64,000 bases of DNA. Origin: Myxococcota bacterium (GTDB lineage Bacteria > Myxococcota_A > Polyangia > Polyangiales > Sandaracinaceae). The translations under genes and the position numbers were made by a program. The notes under the pieces were generated by a model, which saw nothing but the letters and a program-made list of their open reading frames with translations, was not told the origin of the DNA and searched no databases. Shown here piece after piece: positions 45,424-54,923 of this stretch. The stretch lies in NCBI GenBank assembly GCA_036149055.1, contig JAYZQJ010000004.1, positions 79,795 through 143,794 on the forward strand, in the 5' to 3' direction. Positions within the stretch are counted from its first letter, which is position 1. Each line of letters begins with the position of its first letter.

Positions 45424-45978
45424 GTGCTCAGAGGTCCTCAGCGCTACGGGCTCGCCGCCGCGATCGGCGCCCTGATCATGGTCGGCTCCCAGCCGGGCCG
45501 GGCGGAGGCGCCGCACTACACCCTCGCCGAGGGGGTGCGGCTCGCGCCCGAGGTGCGCCAGACCCTGGGCCAGATCGCCGACGCCTTCCACGCGCGCACC
45601 GGGCGGGGCATTCACGTCACCAGCGGCACCCGCACCCCGCGGGAGCAAGCCGACGCGATGTACGACAAGCTCCGCCTCGGCGTCCAGCTGACCCGCCTGT
45701 ACCGCGACTACGAGGCCGCGTCCGAGATCCAGAGCGCCTACCGCGGCTGTCGACGGCGCGCGCGCCAGCGCTGCGTGCGGGAGATCGCCCGGGTGATCCG
45801 GCGGCAGGTGCGCCGCGGCTGCTACATCTCGCGCCACCTCCGGGCGAGCGCGGTGGACGTGCGGAGCCGGGACATGAGCCGGCGCGAGCGGCGGATCTTC
45901 GAGCAGGTCGTGCGCGGGTTCGCCGGCGTCTCGGTCCTCGAAGAGGGCCGCCCGCCCCACTTCCATCTCCAGATGTGA
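45424..45978 (+). CDS. Secreted peptidase M15/Hedgehog-like Zn protein (putative peptidoglycan peptidase)
   Basis: VTSGTRT..EQ, SRH-x5-VD and PHFH motif series. Confidence 0.55.
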   Translation: MLRGPQRYGLAAAIGALIMVGSQPGRAEAPHYTLAEGVRLAPEVRQTLGQIADAFHARTGRGIHVTSGTRTPREQADAMYDKLRLGVQLTRLYRDYEAASEIQSAYRGCRRRARQRCVREIARVIRRQVRRGCYISRHLRASAVDVRSRDMSRRERRIFEQVVRGFAGVSVLEEGRPPHFHLQM

Positions 45979-46006
45979 GCGCCCGATCTGGGCTATCGTG
46001 TCCAGC

Positions 46007-47620
46007 GTGCGTCTCTCGATCCTTCTGTTCTGCTGCGCGCTCGTCGCCTGCAGCCCCGCGCCGTCGGGCGTCTCCTCGACCTCCCCGCTCGAGGTCCCCG
46101 AGCAGTCGCTGGACGGCCTCACGCTCGCCGCGGAGCCCACGCAGCGGCTCGAGACGCCGGCCGGGGCGACCCGGGCGTCGGCCCTGGTGACCCTCGAGGG
46201 CGACGCGGCGCCGCGCCTCTTCGCGCGCGCGATCGACGAGGCGGGTGAGGGCCCCTGGCAGGCGCTCGAGGTCACGTGGCGCGAAGACGGGATGCTGGTG
46301 GCGGTGGCCGACCTGGACCGGGTCGCGGCCGCGGTGGAGCTGCGGGTCGAGGGCCCGGTCACCTTCCTGACCTGGTCGGCGGTGGTCCCCGAGCCCGCGA
46401 CCGCGCTCCCGGACGTAGGCGCGAGCCGGCAGGCGCTCACCGCGGAGCTGGCCGCGCTCGGCGTCGTGGCCCGCGAGGACTGGGGCGCCCGGGCGACGCG
46501 CTGCTCGGACGAGAACCGAAGCAAGTACCGCATCGCCGTGCACCACACGGTGACCGCGGCGATGGGCGACCCGGCGACCAACCTGCGCGGCATCCAGAGC
46601 TACCACATGGACGGCCGCGGCTGGTGCGACGTCGGCTACCACTTCCTCGTCTCGCTCGACGGCCGGGTCTGGGAGGGCCGGCCGATCCACCTGCTCGGCG
46701 CGCACGTCGGCGGGCACAACACCGGCAACATCGGCGTCTCGTTCATGGGCTGCTTCCACCCCACGAGCGACTGCTCGAGCTTCCCGCCCCAGGTCCCGCC
46801 CGACGAGATGATCGCGGGCGCGGCGAGCGTCATCGCGGGCCTCGCCGAGATCTACGGGATCCCCCGAGACGCGGCGAGCATCAAGGGGCACCGCGACCAC
46901 ACCAGCCAGTCGACCGCTTGCCCGGGCGACCACCTGCACGCCCGGCTCGGCGACCTGCGGAGCGGCATGGCCGGGGGCCCCGCCTGGGGCGCGCGCTACG
47001 TGACGCAGACCTTCCCGCTCGCGTCGGAGCCCTTCGAGCTGGCGCCCTACGAGCCGCGCGAGGGCTACCTCGAGCTGGAGAACGTGGGCACCGAGACCTG
47101 GCGCCCCGGCGAGGTCTTCCTCGGGACCACCGAGCCGCGGGACGGCTCGAGCGCGCTCTCGCACGCCAGCTGGGTGAGCACGCGTCGCGCCGCGACGGTG
47201 GATCGCGAGGTGGCGCCCGGCGAGACGGGCCGCTTCGTCTTCAGCGTGCAGGCGCCCGGGGTCCCGGGCGATCACCCGCAGTTCTTCAACCTCGTGCGCG
47301 AGGGCGTGGCCTGGTTCGGCGACCCCGGTCAGGGCGGCCCGCCCGACGATCAGCTCCAGATCCGGGTGACCACCCTCGACGTCGCGCCCTGGGAGCGACC
47401 GGACGCCGGCGTCACCCCTCCGCCGCCCACCGACGCGGGCGAGCCCCCGGTGACGCGCGACGCGGGGACCTTCGTCCCGGTGGACGCGGGCGACGGCCCC
47501 CCGCTCTCGGGCGGCTGCGGCTGCCGGGCCAGCGGCTCGGGCCCGTCGGCGACCTGGGCGCTCGCGGCGCTGGTCGGGCTGGCGATCACCGCGCGCAGGC
47601 GCCGGCGGCGAGCGCGCTGA
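46007..47620 (+). CDS. N-acetylmuramoyl-L-alanine amidase (Amidase_2/PGRP) with Ig-like domain and MYXO-CTERM-like anchor
   Basis: VHHT, IQSYHM..RGWCDVGYHF, EGR, GAH, GHRD..TACPG; C-terminal GGCGC + TM + Arg run. Start 45998 or 46007. Confidence 0.9.
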   Translation: MRLSILLFCCALVACSPAPSGVSSTSPLEVPEQSLDGLTLAAEPTQRLETPAGATRASALVTLEGDAAPRLFARAIDEAGEGPWQALEVTWREDGMLVAVADLDRVAAAVELRVEGPVTFLTWSAVVPEPATALPDVGASRQALTAELAALGVVAREDWGARATRCSDENRSKYRIAVHHTVTAAMGDPATNLRGIQSYHMDGRGWCDVGYHFLVSLDGRVWEGRPIHLLGAHVGGHNTGNIGVSFMGCFHPTSDCSSFPPQVPPDEMIAGAASVIAGLAEIYGIPRDAASIKGHRDHTSQSTACPGDHLHARLGDLRSGMAGGPAWGARYVTQTFPLASEPFELAPYEPREGYLELENVGTETWRPGEVFLGTTEPRDGSSALSHASWVSTRRAATVDREVAPGETGRFVFSVQAPGVPGDHPQFFNLVREGVAWFGDPGQGGPPDDQLQIRVTTLDVAPWERPDAGVTPPPPTDAGEPPVTRDAGTFVPVDAGDGPPLSGGCGCRASGSGPSATWALAALVGLAITARRRRRRAR

Positions 47621-48128
47621 GCTGCGCCTCCACCCAGCGCCGGGCCGCCGCCTCGCCGGCGTCGTCGAGGTGCCCCTCCACCCGGACGACGCGGTCGAGC
47701 ACCGGCGGGGCGACCGTGTGGAAGACGTACTCGCCCTCCACGTCGTACTCCATGAGCGCGGGGTGACGGCAGACCGGGCCCTCGCACGCGATCGAGGGCT
47801 CGTCGCTCGGGTCCCGGTTGCGCCGCTGGAGATCGGCGTCGAGGCGCGCGAGGGCCGCGTCGAGCTCGGCGCCGCAGAGCCGGGAGGCCTCCCGGATCAC
47901 GCCGTCCGGATCCCGGCGCGGATCCTGGTCCGAGGCGTCGACCTGCCAGAGCACGTAAACCAGCCCGCGGTCACGATCGACGAGCGAGGCCAGCGAGCGC
48001 TCTCCGCGCACGACCCGCACCATGGCGCGGTTCAGGGAGATGTCCGGCTCCCGCAGCGCGGCCCCCGACGAGCCCGCCGCGCCGCAGCCGAGGGAGAAGA
48101 GGATCGAGAGCCAGAGAGGTCGTCGCAC
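47586..48128 (-). CDS. Lipoprotein of unknown function
   Basis: Lipobox SLGC; -10-like box just upstream. Confidence 0.65.
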   Translation of the reverse strand: MRRPLWLSILFSLGCGAAGSSGAALREPDISLNRAMVRVVRGERSLASLVDRDRGLVYVLWQVDASDQDPRRDPDGVIREASRLCGAELDAALARLDADLQRRNRDPSDEPSIACEGPVCRHPALMEYDVEGEYVFHTVAPPVLDRVVRVEGHLDDAGEAAARRWVEAQLSALAAGACAR

Positions 48129-48146
48129 GGCGGCGACGATAGCCGC

Positions 48147-48431
48147 TCACCGCTCGACCTTCACCCCGTTCCAGAAGGCGACGTAGCCCTCGATGTTCTT
48201 CGCGGCGTCCTTGGCGTCCGGGTAGTACCAGGCCGCGTTCCGGTTGACCTCGCCCTCGACGAGGACGTCGTAGTACTTCGCGGTGCCCTTCCACCCGCAG
48301 ACGCTGGTGTGGTCGCTCGGCCGGAAGTGCTCCTGCGCGATCGCCGACGGCGGGAAGTAGACGTTCCCCTCCACGACCTCGAAGTCGTCGCTCTCCGCGA
48401 TCACCGCCCCGTTCCACGTCGCCTTGGCCAT
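48147..48431 (-). CDS. DUF427 family protein
   Basis: WNGAVIAES, VEGNVYFP, CGWKGTAKYY, AAWYYP, YVAFW. Confidence 0.92.
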   Translation of the reverse strand: MAKATWNGAVIAESDDFEVVEGNVYFPPSAIAQEHFRPSDHTSVCGWKGTAKYYDVLVEGEVNRNAAWYYPDAKDAAKNIEGYVAFWNGVKVER

Positions 48432-48544
48432 GCGTGCCTCCTGACGAGACCTTCGGACCAAGCGCCGGCGCGCGCAACCGCGGTGCGCACTTCCGTCGTA
48501 ACGTCCGCGCCTCGAGCGCGCTCCGTCTCGAGAGGAGGCTCCGC

Positions 48545-49243
48545 ATGACCCCCCGTTCCACACCGCAGAGACCCACCGGACCGGCGCTGGCGCTCGAACC
48601 CGAGACCGACGAGGAGGTCGTCGAGGAGGTGGTCGGCGGCGAGGCGGCGCGCTTCGAGGTCCTGATGCGTCGGCACAACCAGCGCCTGTTCCGGGCGGCC
48701 CGCGCGATTCTCAAGGACGACGCCGAGGCCGAGGACGCCGTGCAGCAGGCCTACCTCACCGCCTACGCGAAGCTCTCGCAGTTCGAGGGGCGCTCGCGCT
48801 TCTCCACCTGGCTGACCCGGATCGCCGTCAACGAGTCGCTCCGCCGCCGGAAGAAGCAGGGGCGGCTCGGCGATCTCGAGCTGGCGCCGGAGCCGCGCGA
48901 GAACCCCCTCGGGCACACGCCGCGGTCGCCCGAGCAGCTGGCCGGGGACGGCGAGCTGCGGGCCCTGCTCGAGCGCGCGATCGACGCCCTGCCCGAGAGC
49001 TACCGGGTGGTCTTCGTCATGCGAGAGCTCGAGGAGCTCGACACCCGCGAGACCGCCGAGTGTCTCGAGCTGTCCGAGGAGGCGGTGCGGGTGCGCCTCC
49101 ATCGCGCGCGAAAGGCGCTGCGCGAGTGGCTCTACGAGCAGGCGGACACCCTCGCTCAGGAGGCCTTCGCCTTCGCCGGCGAGCGCTGCGACCGCATCGT
49201 GCGGTACGTGCTCGCGCGGCTCGATCAGAGCCCGGCGACGTAG
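48545..49243 (+). CDS. ECF RNA polymerase sigma factor
   Basis: AEDAVQ, FSTWLTRIAVNE, LPESYRVVFVMR, VRVRLHRAR. Confidence 0.92.
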   Translation: MTPRSTPQRPTGPALALEPETDEEVVEEVVGGEAARFEVLMRRHNQRLFRAARAILKDDAEAEDAVQQAYLTAYAKLSQFEGRSRFSTWLTRIAVNESLRRRKKQGRLGDLELAPEPRENPLGHTPRSPEQLAGDGELRALLERAIDALPESYRVVFVMRELEELDTRETAECLELSEEAVRVRLHRARKALREWLYEQADTLAQEAFAFAGERCDRIVRYVLARLDQSPAT

Positions 49244-50289
49244 CGGCCCCGCTCCATGATCGTGCGGCCGTCGATGGTCACGGTGCTCTGGCGCCCGAGC
49301 AGCTGCACGAGCAGCTCGCCGTTCCATCGCGCGCCGGTGACCTCGGGCGCGGTGTAGCTCAGCACGAGGTGCAGCCCCGGGAGCTTGCCGTCCTGGCAGG
49401 CGACCCCGATCGGCGCGATGACGCCGACGTTGGTGCCGAAGATGATCTGCCCGACGCGCCGGCCCTCGCGGCCGGAGTCGAGGTGGGTGGAGAGCTGCTC
49501 CACCAGGTTGTCCGGGCCCTCGATGCTGGTCAGGCGGCCGCCCATGAAGGTCAGCTGGAGCCGGCGGAGCTGCGCCCGGTCCATCATCGTCCCGTCCGAC
49601 AAGCGCAGGCCTCCGTCGGGCACGAAGACGCCGTCGACCATGCTCGGCGTGGTCGTCAGCTCCCCCGCCGGGAGGTTGGTCCAGCCCGGGCCGTGCTGGA
49701 GGCCGCCGGCGTTCACCCAGCGCGCGCTCGGATCGGCCTTCACGGTCAGCGAGGTGCCGGCCGGGGTGTCGACGCGGATCTCGCTCTCGGGCTTCAGCTT
49801 GGCGCGGAGCCGCTCGCCGAGGGCGTGCACGTCGCGGTAGTCGATGCGCAGCGACTGACGGATCACCGCGTCGGTGAGCCCGAGCATGTGCACGTGCCGT
49901 CGGTCGCCCTTGGGCGAGGCCACCACCCGCCGCACGTCGCGCGAGAACTCGTAGCCCGCCAGCATCGCGCTCGCGTCCGCCTGATCGCAGCGCGTCTCGA
50001 GCTTGGCGATGACGCGCTCCGAGGTGGAGTCCTGGGTCAGCCCCACCGCGTCGAGCTCCGCCTCGGCCTCGTCGGCCGCCATCATCAGCGCCGCGGCCAG
50101 CTCCTCGAACGGCTCGCGCTGCTGGTAGACGACGAGCAGCCGCTCGCCGGGCTTCACCGCGAGGCAGTCGCCGACGACACGGCTCGCGGCCTGCACGTAG
50201 GCCTCGTCGGGCTGCAGTCGCCGCAGGCGGCTCACCACCTCCGGCATGATGAAGCTGGATGTCCGGCGCTTCCTCACCTCCCCAAGCAT
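49225..50289 (-). CDS. Aminopeptidase M29 (AmpS/T)-like protein, metal ligands apparently altered
   Basis: TPAGTSL, NLPAGE, DGVFVPD, GTN...GLHL; start uncertain. Confidence 0.7.
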   Translation of the reverse strand: MLGEVRKRRTSSFIMPEVVSRLRRLQPDEAYVQAASRVVGDCLAVKPGERLLVVYQQREPFEELAAALMMAADEAEAELDAVGLTQDSTSERVIAKLETRCDQADASAMLAGYEFSRDVRRVVASPKGDRRHVHMLGLTDAVIRQSLRIDYRDVHALGERLRAKLKPESEIRVDTPAGTSLTVKADPSARWVNAGGLQHGPGWTNLPAGELTTTPSMVDGVFVPDGGLRLSDGTMMDRAQLRRLQLTFMGGRLTSIEGPDNLVEQLSTHLDSGREGRRVGQIIFGTNVGVIAPIGVACQDGKLPGLHLVLSYTAPEVTGARWNGELLVQLLGRQSTVTIDGRTIMERGRYVAGL

Positions 50290-50410
50290 GGCCGTTTCGA
50301 GCCCTCCGCGCGAGAGATTCGTCCGAGAAGGGTTGAACCAAAGGCGCGGTGTTGGCGATCGTGCGCTCGACGGGATGCGACGACGTCGTGACAGCGGGGA
50401 CGCGCCTCAG

Positions 50411-51184
50411 GTGATCCGGGCTCACATCGTGGGCGCGGGGCCGCGCGTGGTGCTGCTCCACGGCGGGCCGGGGCTCGACCATCACGTGCTCTTGCCCTTC
50501 GCCGAGCAGCTCGCGCCGCACTACGAGGTGTGGCTCCCGGACCTGCCCGGGCACGGTGAGCGCGGGGCGCGCCGCAAGCCGCCGAGCCTGAGCGACACGC
50601 TGTCCCGGCTCGAGCGTCAGCTCGGCGCGATGGGCGGCGCCCTGGACGTGCTCGCCGGCCACTCCCTGGGCGCGCACCTCGCGCGGGAGCTGCTGCGGCG
50701 CGGCGCGGTCCAGCCCAAGGCGAGCGTGTGGATCGCGCCGCCGGCCGGCGACCGGGAGCGGGCGTCGCTCGCCTGGCCTCGGGTGCGACGGGAGCGTCGA
50801 ATGACGCCCGACGCGATGCGGAGCGCGCTCCTGGCCGAGGTCGAGCGCGAGGCGGGGAGAGCGCCCTCGGCCCGGTTCCGCGAGGCCGTGGGGCGCTGCC
50901 ACGTCCGGGCCCCGGCCGAGCACGAGGCGCTCCTCAAGCAGCTCTCGCTCTCGCTCTCCAAGGCGACGCCGCGCTGCCGGAGCGCGGGGCCGGTGCTGGT
51001 GGTGAGCGGCGATCGCGACGAGGTCGTCTCGCCGCATCAGGCGAGCTGCGTGGCCTCGGCCACGCCGGGGGCCACCCTCGCGGTGGTGCCCGGGGCCGGT
51101 CACGTCCCGGGCGCGATCGACGGCGACGGCTTCGCCGAGGTCGTGCACGAGTTCTTGACCGACGCTCTTCAGACGCGGCGGTAG
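50411..51184 (+). CDS. Alpha/beta hydrolase
   Basis: LLHGGPG, DLPGHG, GHSLG nucleophile, GDRD, GAGH. Confidence 0.88.
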   Translation: MIRAHIVGAGPRVVLLHGGPGLDHHVLLPFAEQLAPHYEVWLPDLPGHGERGARRKPPSLSDTLSRLERQLGAMGGALDVLAGHSLGAHLARELLRRGAVQPKASVWIAPPAGDRERASLAWPRVRRERRMTPDAMRSALLAEVEREAGRAPSARFREAVGRCHVRAPAEHEALLKQLSLSLSKATPRCRSAGPVLVVSGDRDEVVSPHQASCVASATPGATLAVVPGAGHVPGAIDGDGFAEVVHEFLTDALQTRR

Positions 51185-51963
51185 CGCACGAAGAGCCAGG
51201 CCACCTCGACGCCCTCGTCGGGATCGGTCCGCTCGCGCGCCTCGGCGAGGGCGCGGTCGGCCTCGGCGTGGCTGAGGTCGGCGGCGATCGGCGTGATCAT
51301 CGCCGGGATGCTCATCAGCTCCATGAGCTCGCCCTGCCGGCCGCGGTAGACGAGCTCCTCGCGCAGCGTCTCCTCGAAGCCGAGCGAGGCCGCCACCGCC
51401 GCCATCGCGTCCGGCTCGAAGCGGCGCGCGGTCGGCACGAAGGGCTCCTCGGTGCGCGCCTCCACCGCCCGGGCGAGCGCGACCTGGAAGGGGTGGGAGC
51501 CGCGCGCCTCGGGGCGCCGCTCGCTCGGCACGTTGAAGGTGAACGAGCCGCCGCGCGGGACGCGCTCGGCGAGCTGCGCGAGCACCGACTCCCCCTCGGG
51601 GAACTGCCAGAACGCCGCGTTCGAGAGCACGCGGTCGAAGGGACCGCGCGCCACCTCCGCGAGCGACGCGGCCGGCGCCACCACGAAGCGGGCGCGGGGG
51701 TCGAGGGTGTTGGCGCGGGCCACCTCGATCATCTCCGGCGACGCGTCGACGCCGAGCACCTCCGCGTCGGGCCGGATGCGCGAGAGCACCGAGGCGGTGG
51801 TCGCCCCGGTGCCGCAGCCGAGGTCGAGGACCCGGGTCGCGCCTCCGAGCTCGGCGCGCTCCGCGAGCGCCTCGTTCAGCCAGCCGTAGATGGCGTGGTG
51901 GCGGACGAAGTGATCGTATCGCTCCGCGTTCTGCCACCCTCGCCAGCGTCCTTCGGCCTCCAT
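51169..51963 (-). CDS. Class I SAM-dependent methyltransferase
   Basis: VLDLGCGTG, GVDASPEMI, FDRVLSNAAF. Confidence 0.9.
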   Translation of the reverse strand: MEAEGRWRGWQNAERYDHFVRHHAIYGWLNEALAERAELGGATRVLDLGCGTGATTASVLSRIRPDAEVLGVDASPEMIEVARANTLDPRARFVVAPAASLAEVARGPFDRVLSNAAFWQFPEGESVLAQLAERVPRGGSFTFNVPSERRPEARGSHPFQVALARAVEARTEEPFVPTARRFEPDAMAAVAASLGFEETLREELVYRGRQGELMELMSIPAMITPIAADLSHAEADRALAEARERTDPDEGVEVAWLFVRYRRV

Positions 51964-51991
51964 GCGGCGGAAGGATGGCGCGCCGGAACGA

Positions 51992-52222
51992 TCAGCGCAC
52001 CTCTTTCGGCAGATCCCGGGCCAGCACGAGGTTCACCGTCTCGGTCCGGGGATCGAAGGCGACCACGATCTCTCCGGCGTCGAGCTGGCGGCGCACCTCG
52101 GCCCGCTTGCGCTCGAGGGTCGGATCGTCGTGACCGTAGTCGGTCCCTTCGCGGAGCACGAAGTCGTCGATCACGCCCTCGAGCGCGGCGGGCGAGAGCC
52201 GGTCCTGGGGGACGCGGATCAC
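51992..52222 (-). CDS. YheU (UPF0270) family protein
   Basis: FVLREGTDYG signature, 76 aa. Confidence 0.9.
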   Translation of the reverse strand: MIRVPQDRLSPAALEGVIDDFVLREGTDYGHDDPTLERKRAEVRRQLDAGEIVVAFDPRTETVNLVLARDLPKEVR

Positions 52223-53349
52223 CGGCCGATGACGCTCAGGTTGCCGCAGTTCGCGGTGCGCCCGTCGTCGATGACGCGGACCATGCCGCCCCCCGAGCTC
52301 CCGGGCACGCGCACCTGCATCTCGCCCTGCCCGCGCGCGGCGACCTGCGCGAGCTGACCGCCGATCTGCACGCGAGCCTGCGCGCCGAACGCGCCGCGCA
52401 CGGTGACCAGGCCGCCCTCGGGCGCGCGCGGGGTCTCGACGCGGCAGCTGAGCACCCGCGCCGGGGTCTGCCCCCGATCGACCTCACGGCCGTCCTCACG
52501 CTCGACGGGGCGCTGCACCTGCGGGGGCTGCCGCGGGGTCGGCTGGCTGCCGCTGGCGGTGGTGGCCCCGCGCTCGTGGGGGCGGGTCGCCGGCGCGCTG
52601 CCGCTCGAGGTGGTGGCCCCGCGCTCGTGCGGCCGGGTGGCCGGGGCGCTGCCGGTGGCGGTGGTGGCGCCGCGCTCCGGCACCTGCGCGCGGGCGGGGG
52701 TGCCGTCGGCGCGGTGCACGGTGCCGCCGCTCGGGCTCCGCGCCGTCACCGTCGCGCCGCCGCTCGTGCGGCCGCTCGTGGCGCCGCTCGGGCTCCGCGC
52801 CGTCACCGTCGCGCCGCCGCTCGTGCGGCCGCTCGTGGTCGCGCTGCCGCTCGGCGTGCGCGCCGTCACCGTCGCGCCGCCGCGGGCCGTCGCGGTGCCG
52901 CTCGGGCTCCGCGCCGTCACCGTCGCGCCGCTGCGCGGGGGCTCGGGCGAGCGCACCGACACCCGCACCGTCCCGCTCCCGCGGTAGGCGGGGGCCGGCT
53001 GCGCCTCGGCCGGACGCCAGTAGCCGGGGTGGTACTCGACGCGACCGTTCACGTCGTTGGCGACCGGCGCCACCCAGACGTAGCCGGCGCGATCGCGCTC
53101 CCAGTGCCCGTCGACCCAGACCCACGCGGTCCCGCTCCACTGGTAGTAGCCGGACACCCAGACGGCGTCGTCACCCGGCTTCGGGGGGCGCTGGGCGACG
53201 GCGGGGCGCACCGGCGGCGGCGCGGTGGTCACCGTGACGGTGGACGGCACCTGCGCGCGGAAGGCGACGCGCGCCCGCGTGTAGCAGCCCGAGAGGCCGA
53301 GCGCGGCGGCGATGAGCAAGAGGAGCGTGGTGTGCCGAAGCTGAAGCAT
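52219..53349 (-). CDS. Lipoprotein with YXWGXW-type repeats, Thr/Ser/Gly repeat linker and C-terminal IPT/TIG-like domain
   Basis: Lipobox LSGC; WVSGYYQW..WVWVDGHW..YVWV..PGYW; four GATVTAR(S/T)PSG repeats. Confidence 0.75.
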   Translation of the reverse strand: MLQLRHTTLLLLIAAALGLSGCYTRARVAFRAQVPSTVTVTTAPPPVRPAVAQRPPKPGDDAVWVSGYYQWSGTAWVWVDGHWERDRAGYVWVAPVANDVNGRVEYHPGYWRPAEAQPAPAYRGSGTVRVSVRSPEPPRSGATVTARSPSGTATARGGATVTARTPSGSATTSGRTSGGATVTARSPSGATSGRTSGGATVTARSPSGGTVHRADGTPARAQVPERGATTATGSAPATRPHERGATTSSGSAPATRPHERGATTASGSQPTPRQPPQVQRPVEREDGREVDRGQTPARVLSCRVETPRAPEGGLVTVRGAFGAQARVQIGGQLAQVAARGQGEMQVRVPGSSGGGMVRVIDDGRTANCGNLSVIGR

Positions 53350-53592
53350 GGCTCTTTCCTTTCTCGCGAGCCCGAGGTCTCCCGGAGCAGTGCAAGCTCC
53401 GGGCCGCGCGCCCCATGTAGGCGCAATCGTGGGATTCACCCGCCGCACCCCTACCAGAACGGAGGGGGTGGTGGCGAGAGCCCACAGGCGGTGAGGGGAA
53501 AGCCCCCCGGTCTCGTCGTCGCGCGTGTCGAGCACGTGGGGATCGACGTCCCGGCCTGGCGTTCGCTTCAATTCGCCTGCTACCACCCGGCG

Positions 53593-54873
53593 ATGTCGGC
53601 GGACCCGCTCCTGACCCTGCGCCCCACGCACCTCACCCTCGAGGCGGAGGCGGTCGCCCAACACGAGGGCCGCGAGGTGCGCGTGCCGGGCGCCTTCGGG
53701 GGCGAGACGGTGGAGGCGAAGATCGTCGCCCGCTCTCGCCACCACGCCCGCGACTTCGCGGCGCTGACGCGGGTCGTCACCCCGCACCCGAAGCGCCGGC
53801 CGCCGCCCTGCCCGCGCCACGAGGAGCGCGAGGGCCGCTGCGGCGGCTGCCCGCTCATGCCGCTCTCGATCCGGGCGCAGCGCGAGCAGAAGCGCCTGAT
53901 GCTCGCCGCGCTCGGGCTCGACGTGCAGGAGGTCGTCGGCGGCGACGCGCTCGGCTACCGCTGGTCGTCGAAGCGGGTCGCGTTCGCCGAGGACGGTCGG
54001 CTCGCGCTCGGGAGCTGGGCCAAGGGCTCGCACGTCGGCGCGTCGATGGAGGGCTGCCTCGTCGATCACCCGAAGCTCACCGCGGCCGCGGACGAGCTCG
54101 TCGTGCAGGCCAACGCGCTCGGCGTGACGCCCTACGACGAGCGCGCGAAGACCGGCGACCTCCGCTACGTCTGGCTCAAGACCGACGGCGAGCGCGTCCT
54201 GGTGACCCTGATCACCGCGGCGGAGGAGAGCGCGGCGGAGTCGCTCGCGCGAGCGCTGACCCTCCCCACCGGCGTCGCGTGGAGCGTGCAGGGAGAGGCG
54301 GGCAACGCGATGCGGGGCGAAGGCGCGCGCCTCCTGCGCGGCGAGGGCCTGGTGCGCACCGACGCGTTCGGCGCCGCGATCGAGGTCGGCCCGCTCGGCT
54401 TCCTGCAGCCGAACCCGCGGGTCATCGCGCTCGCGCAAGAGCGGCTGCTGACCGACGCCTCGGGCGCGCCGATCTCCGGTCGGCTCGCGTGGGATCTCTA
54501 CGCGGGGGCGGGCGCGACGACCCGGAAGCTCGAGGCGCGCTTCGACGTCGTGCGGGCCTGCGAGAGCCACCCGGAGAGCGCGGCCGCGCTCGGCGTCGCC
54601 CCCCAGGCCGCGCGCGAGTTCCTCGCGGCCCAGACCGAGGCGCCGGACCTCGTGATCGCGAACCCGCCGCGCAAGGGCCTCGGGGAGGCGGTGGTGGACG
54701 CGCTCGCCCGCCTGCGTCCGAGGCGCCTCCACCTGATGGAGTGCGGCCCGGCCGGCCTCGCCCGCGATCTCGAGCGGCTGCGGGCCGCCGGCTTCACCCT
54801 CACCTCGCTCGCGGCGTTCGACTCGCTGCCGCAGACGCCTCACGTCGAGCTGGTCGCGCGGCTGACGCTCTGA
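53593..54873 (+). CDS. RNA m5U methyltransferase (RlmD/TrmA family)
   Basis: C...CGGC Fe-S motif, FLQPN, DLYAGAG, NPPRKG, PQTPHVE. Confidence 0.88.
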   Translation: MSADPLLTLRPTHLTLEAEAVAQHEGREVRVPGAFGGETVEAKIVARSRHHARDFAALTRVVTPHPKRRPPPCPRHEEREGRCGGCPLMPLSIRAQREQKRLMLAALGLDVQEVVGGDALGYRWSSKRVAFAEDGRLALGSWAKGSHVGASMEGCLVDHPKLTAAADELVVQANALGVTPYDERAKTGDLRYVWLKTDGERVLVTLITAAEESAAESLARALTLPTGVAWSVQGEAGNAMRGEGARLLRGEGLVRTDAFGAAIEVGPLGFLQPNPRVIALAQERLLTDASGAPISGRLAWDLYAGAGATTRKLEARFDVVRACESHPESAAALGVAPQAAREFLAAQTEAPDLVIANPPRKGLGEAVVDALARLRPRRLHLMECGPAGLARDLERLRAAGFTLTSLAAFDSLPQTPHVELVARLTL

Positions 54874-54923
54874 GGGGCGGCCGGCGTTGAAGGGCGGCCG
54901 ACGGCGCCGCATCCTCCTCCGGC

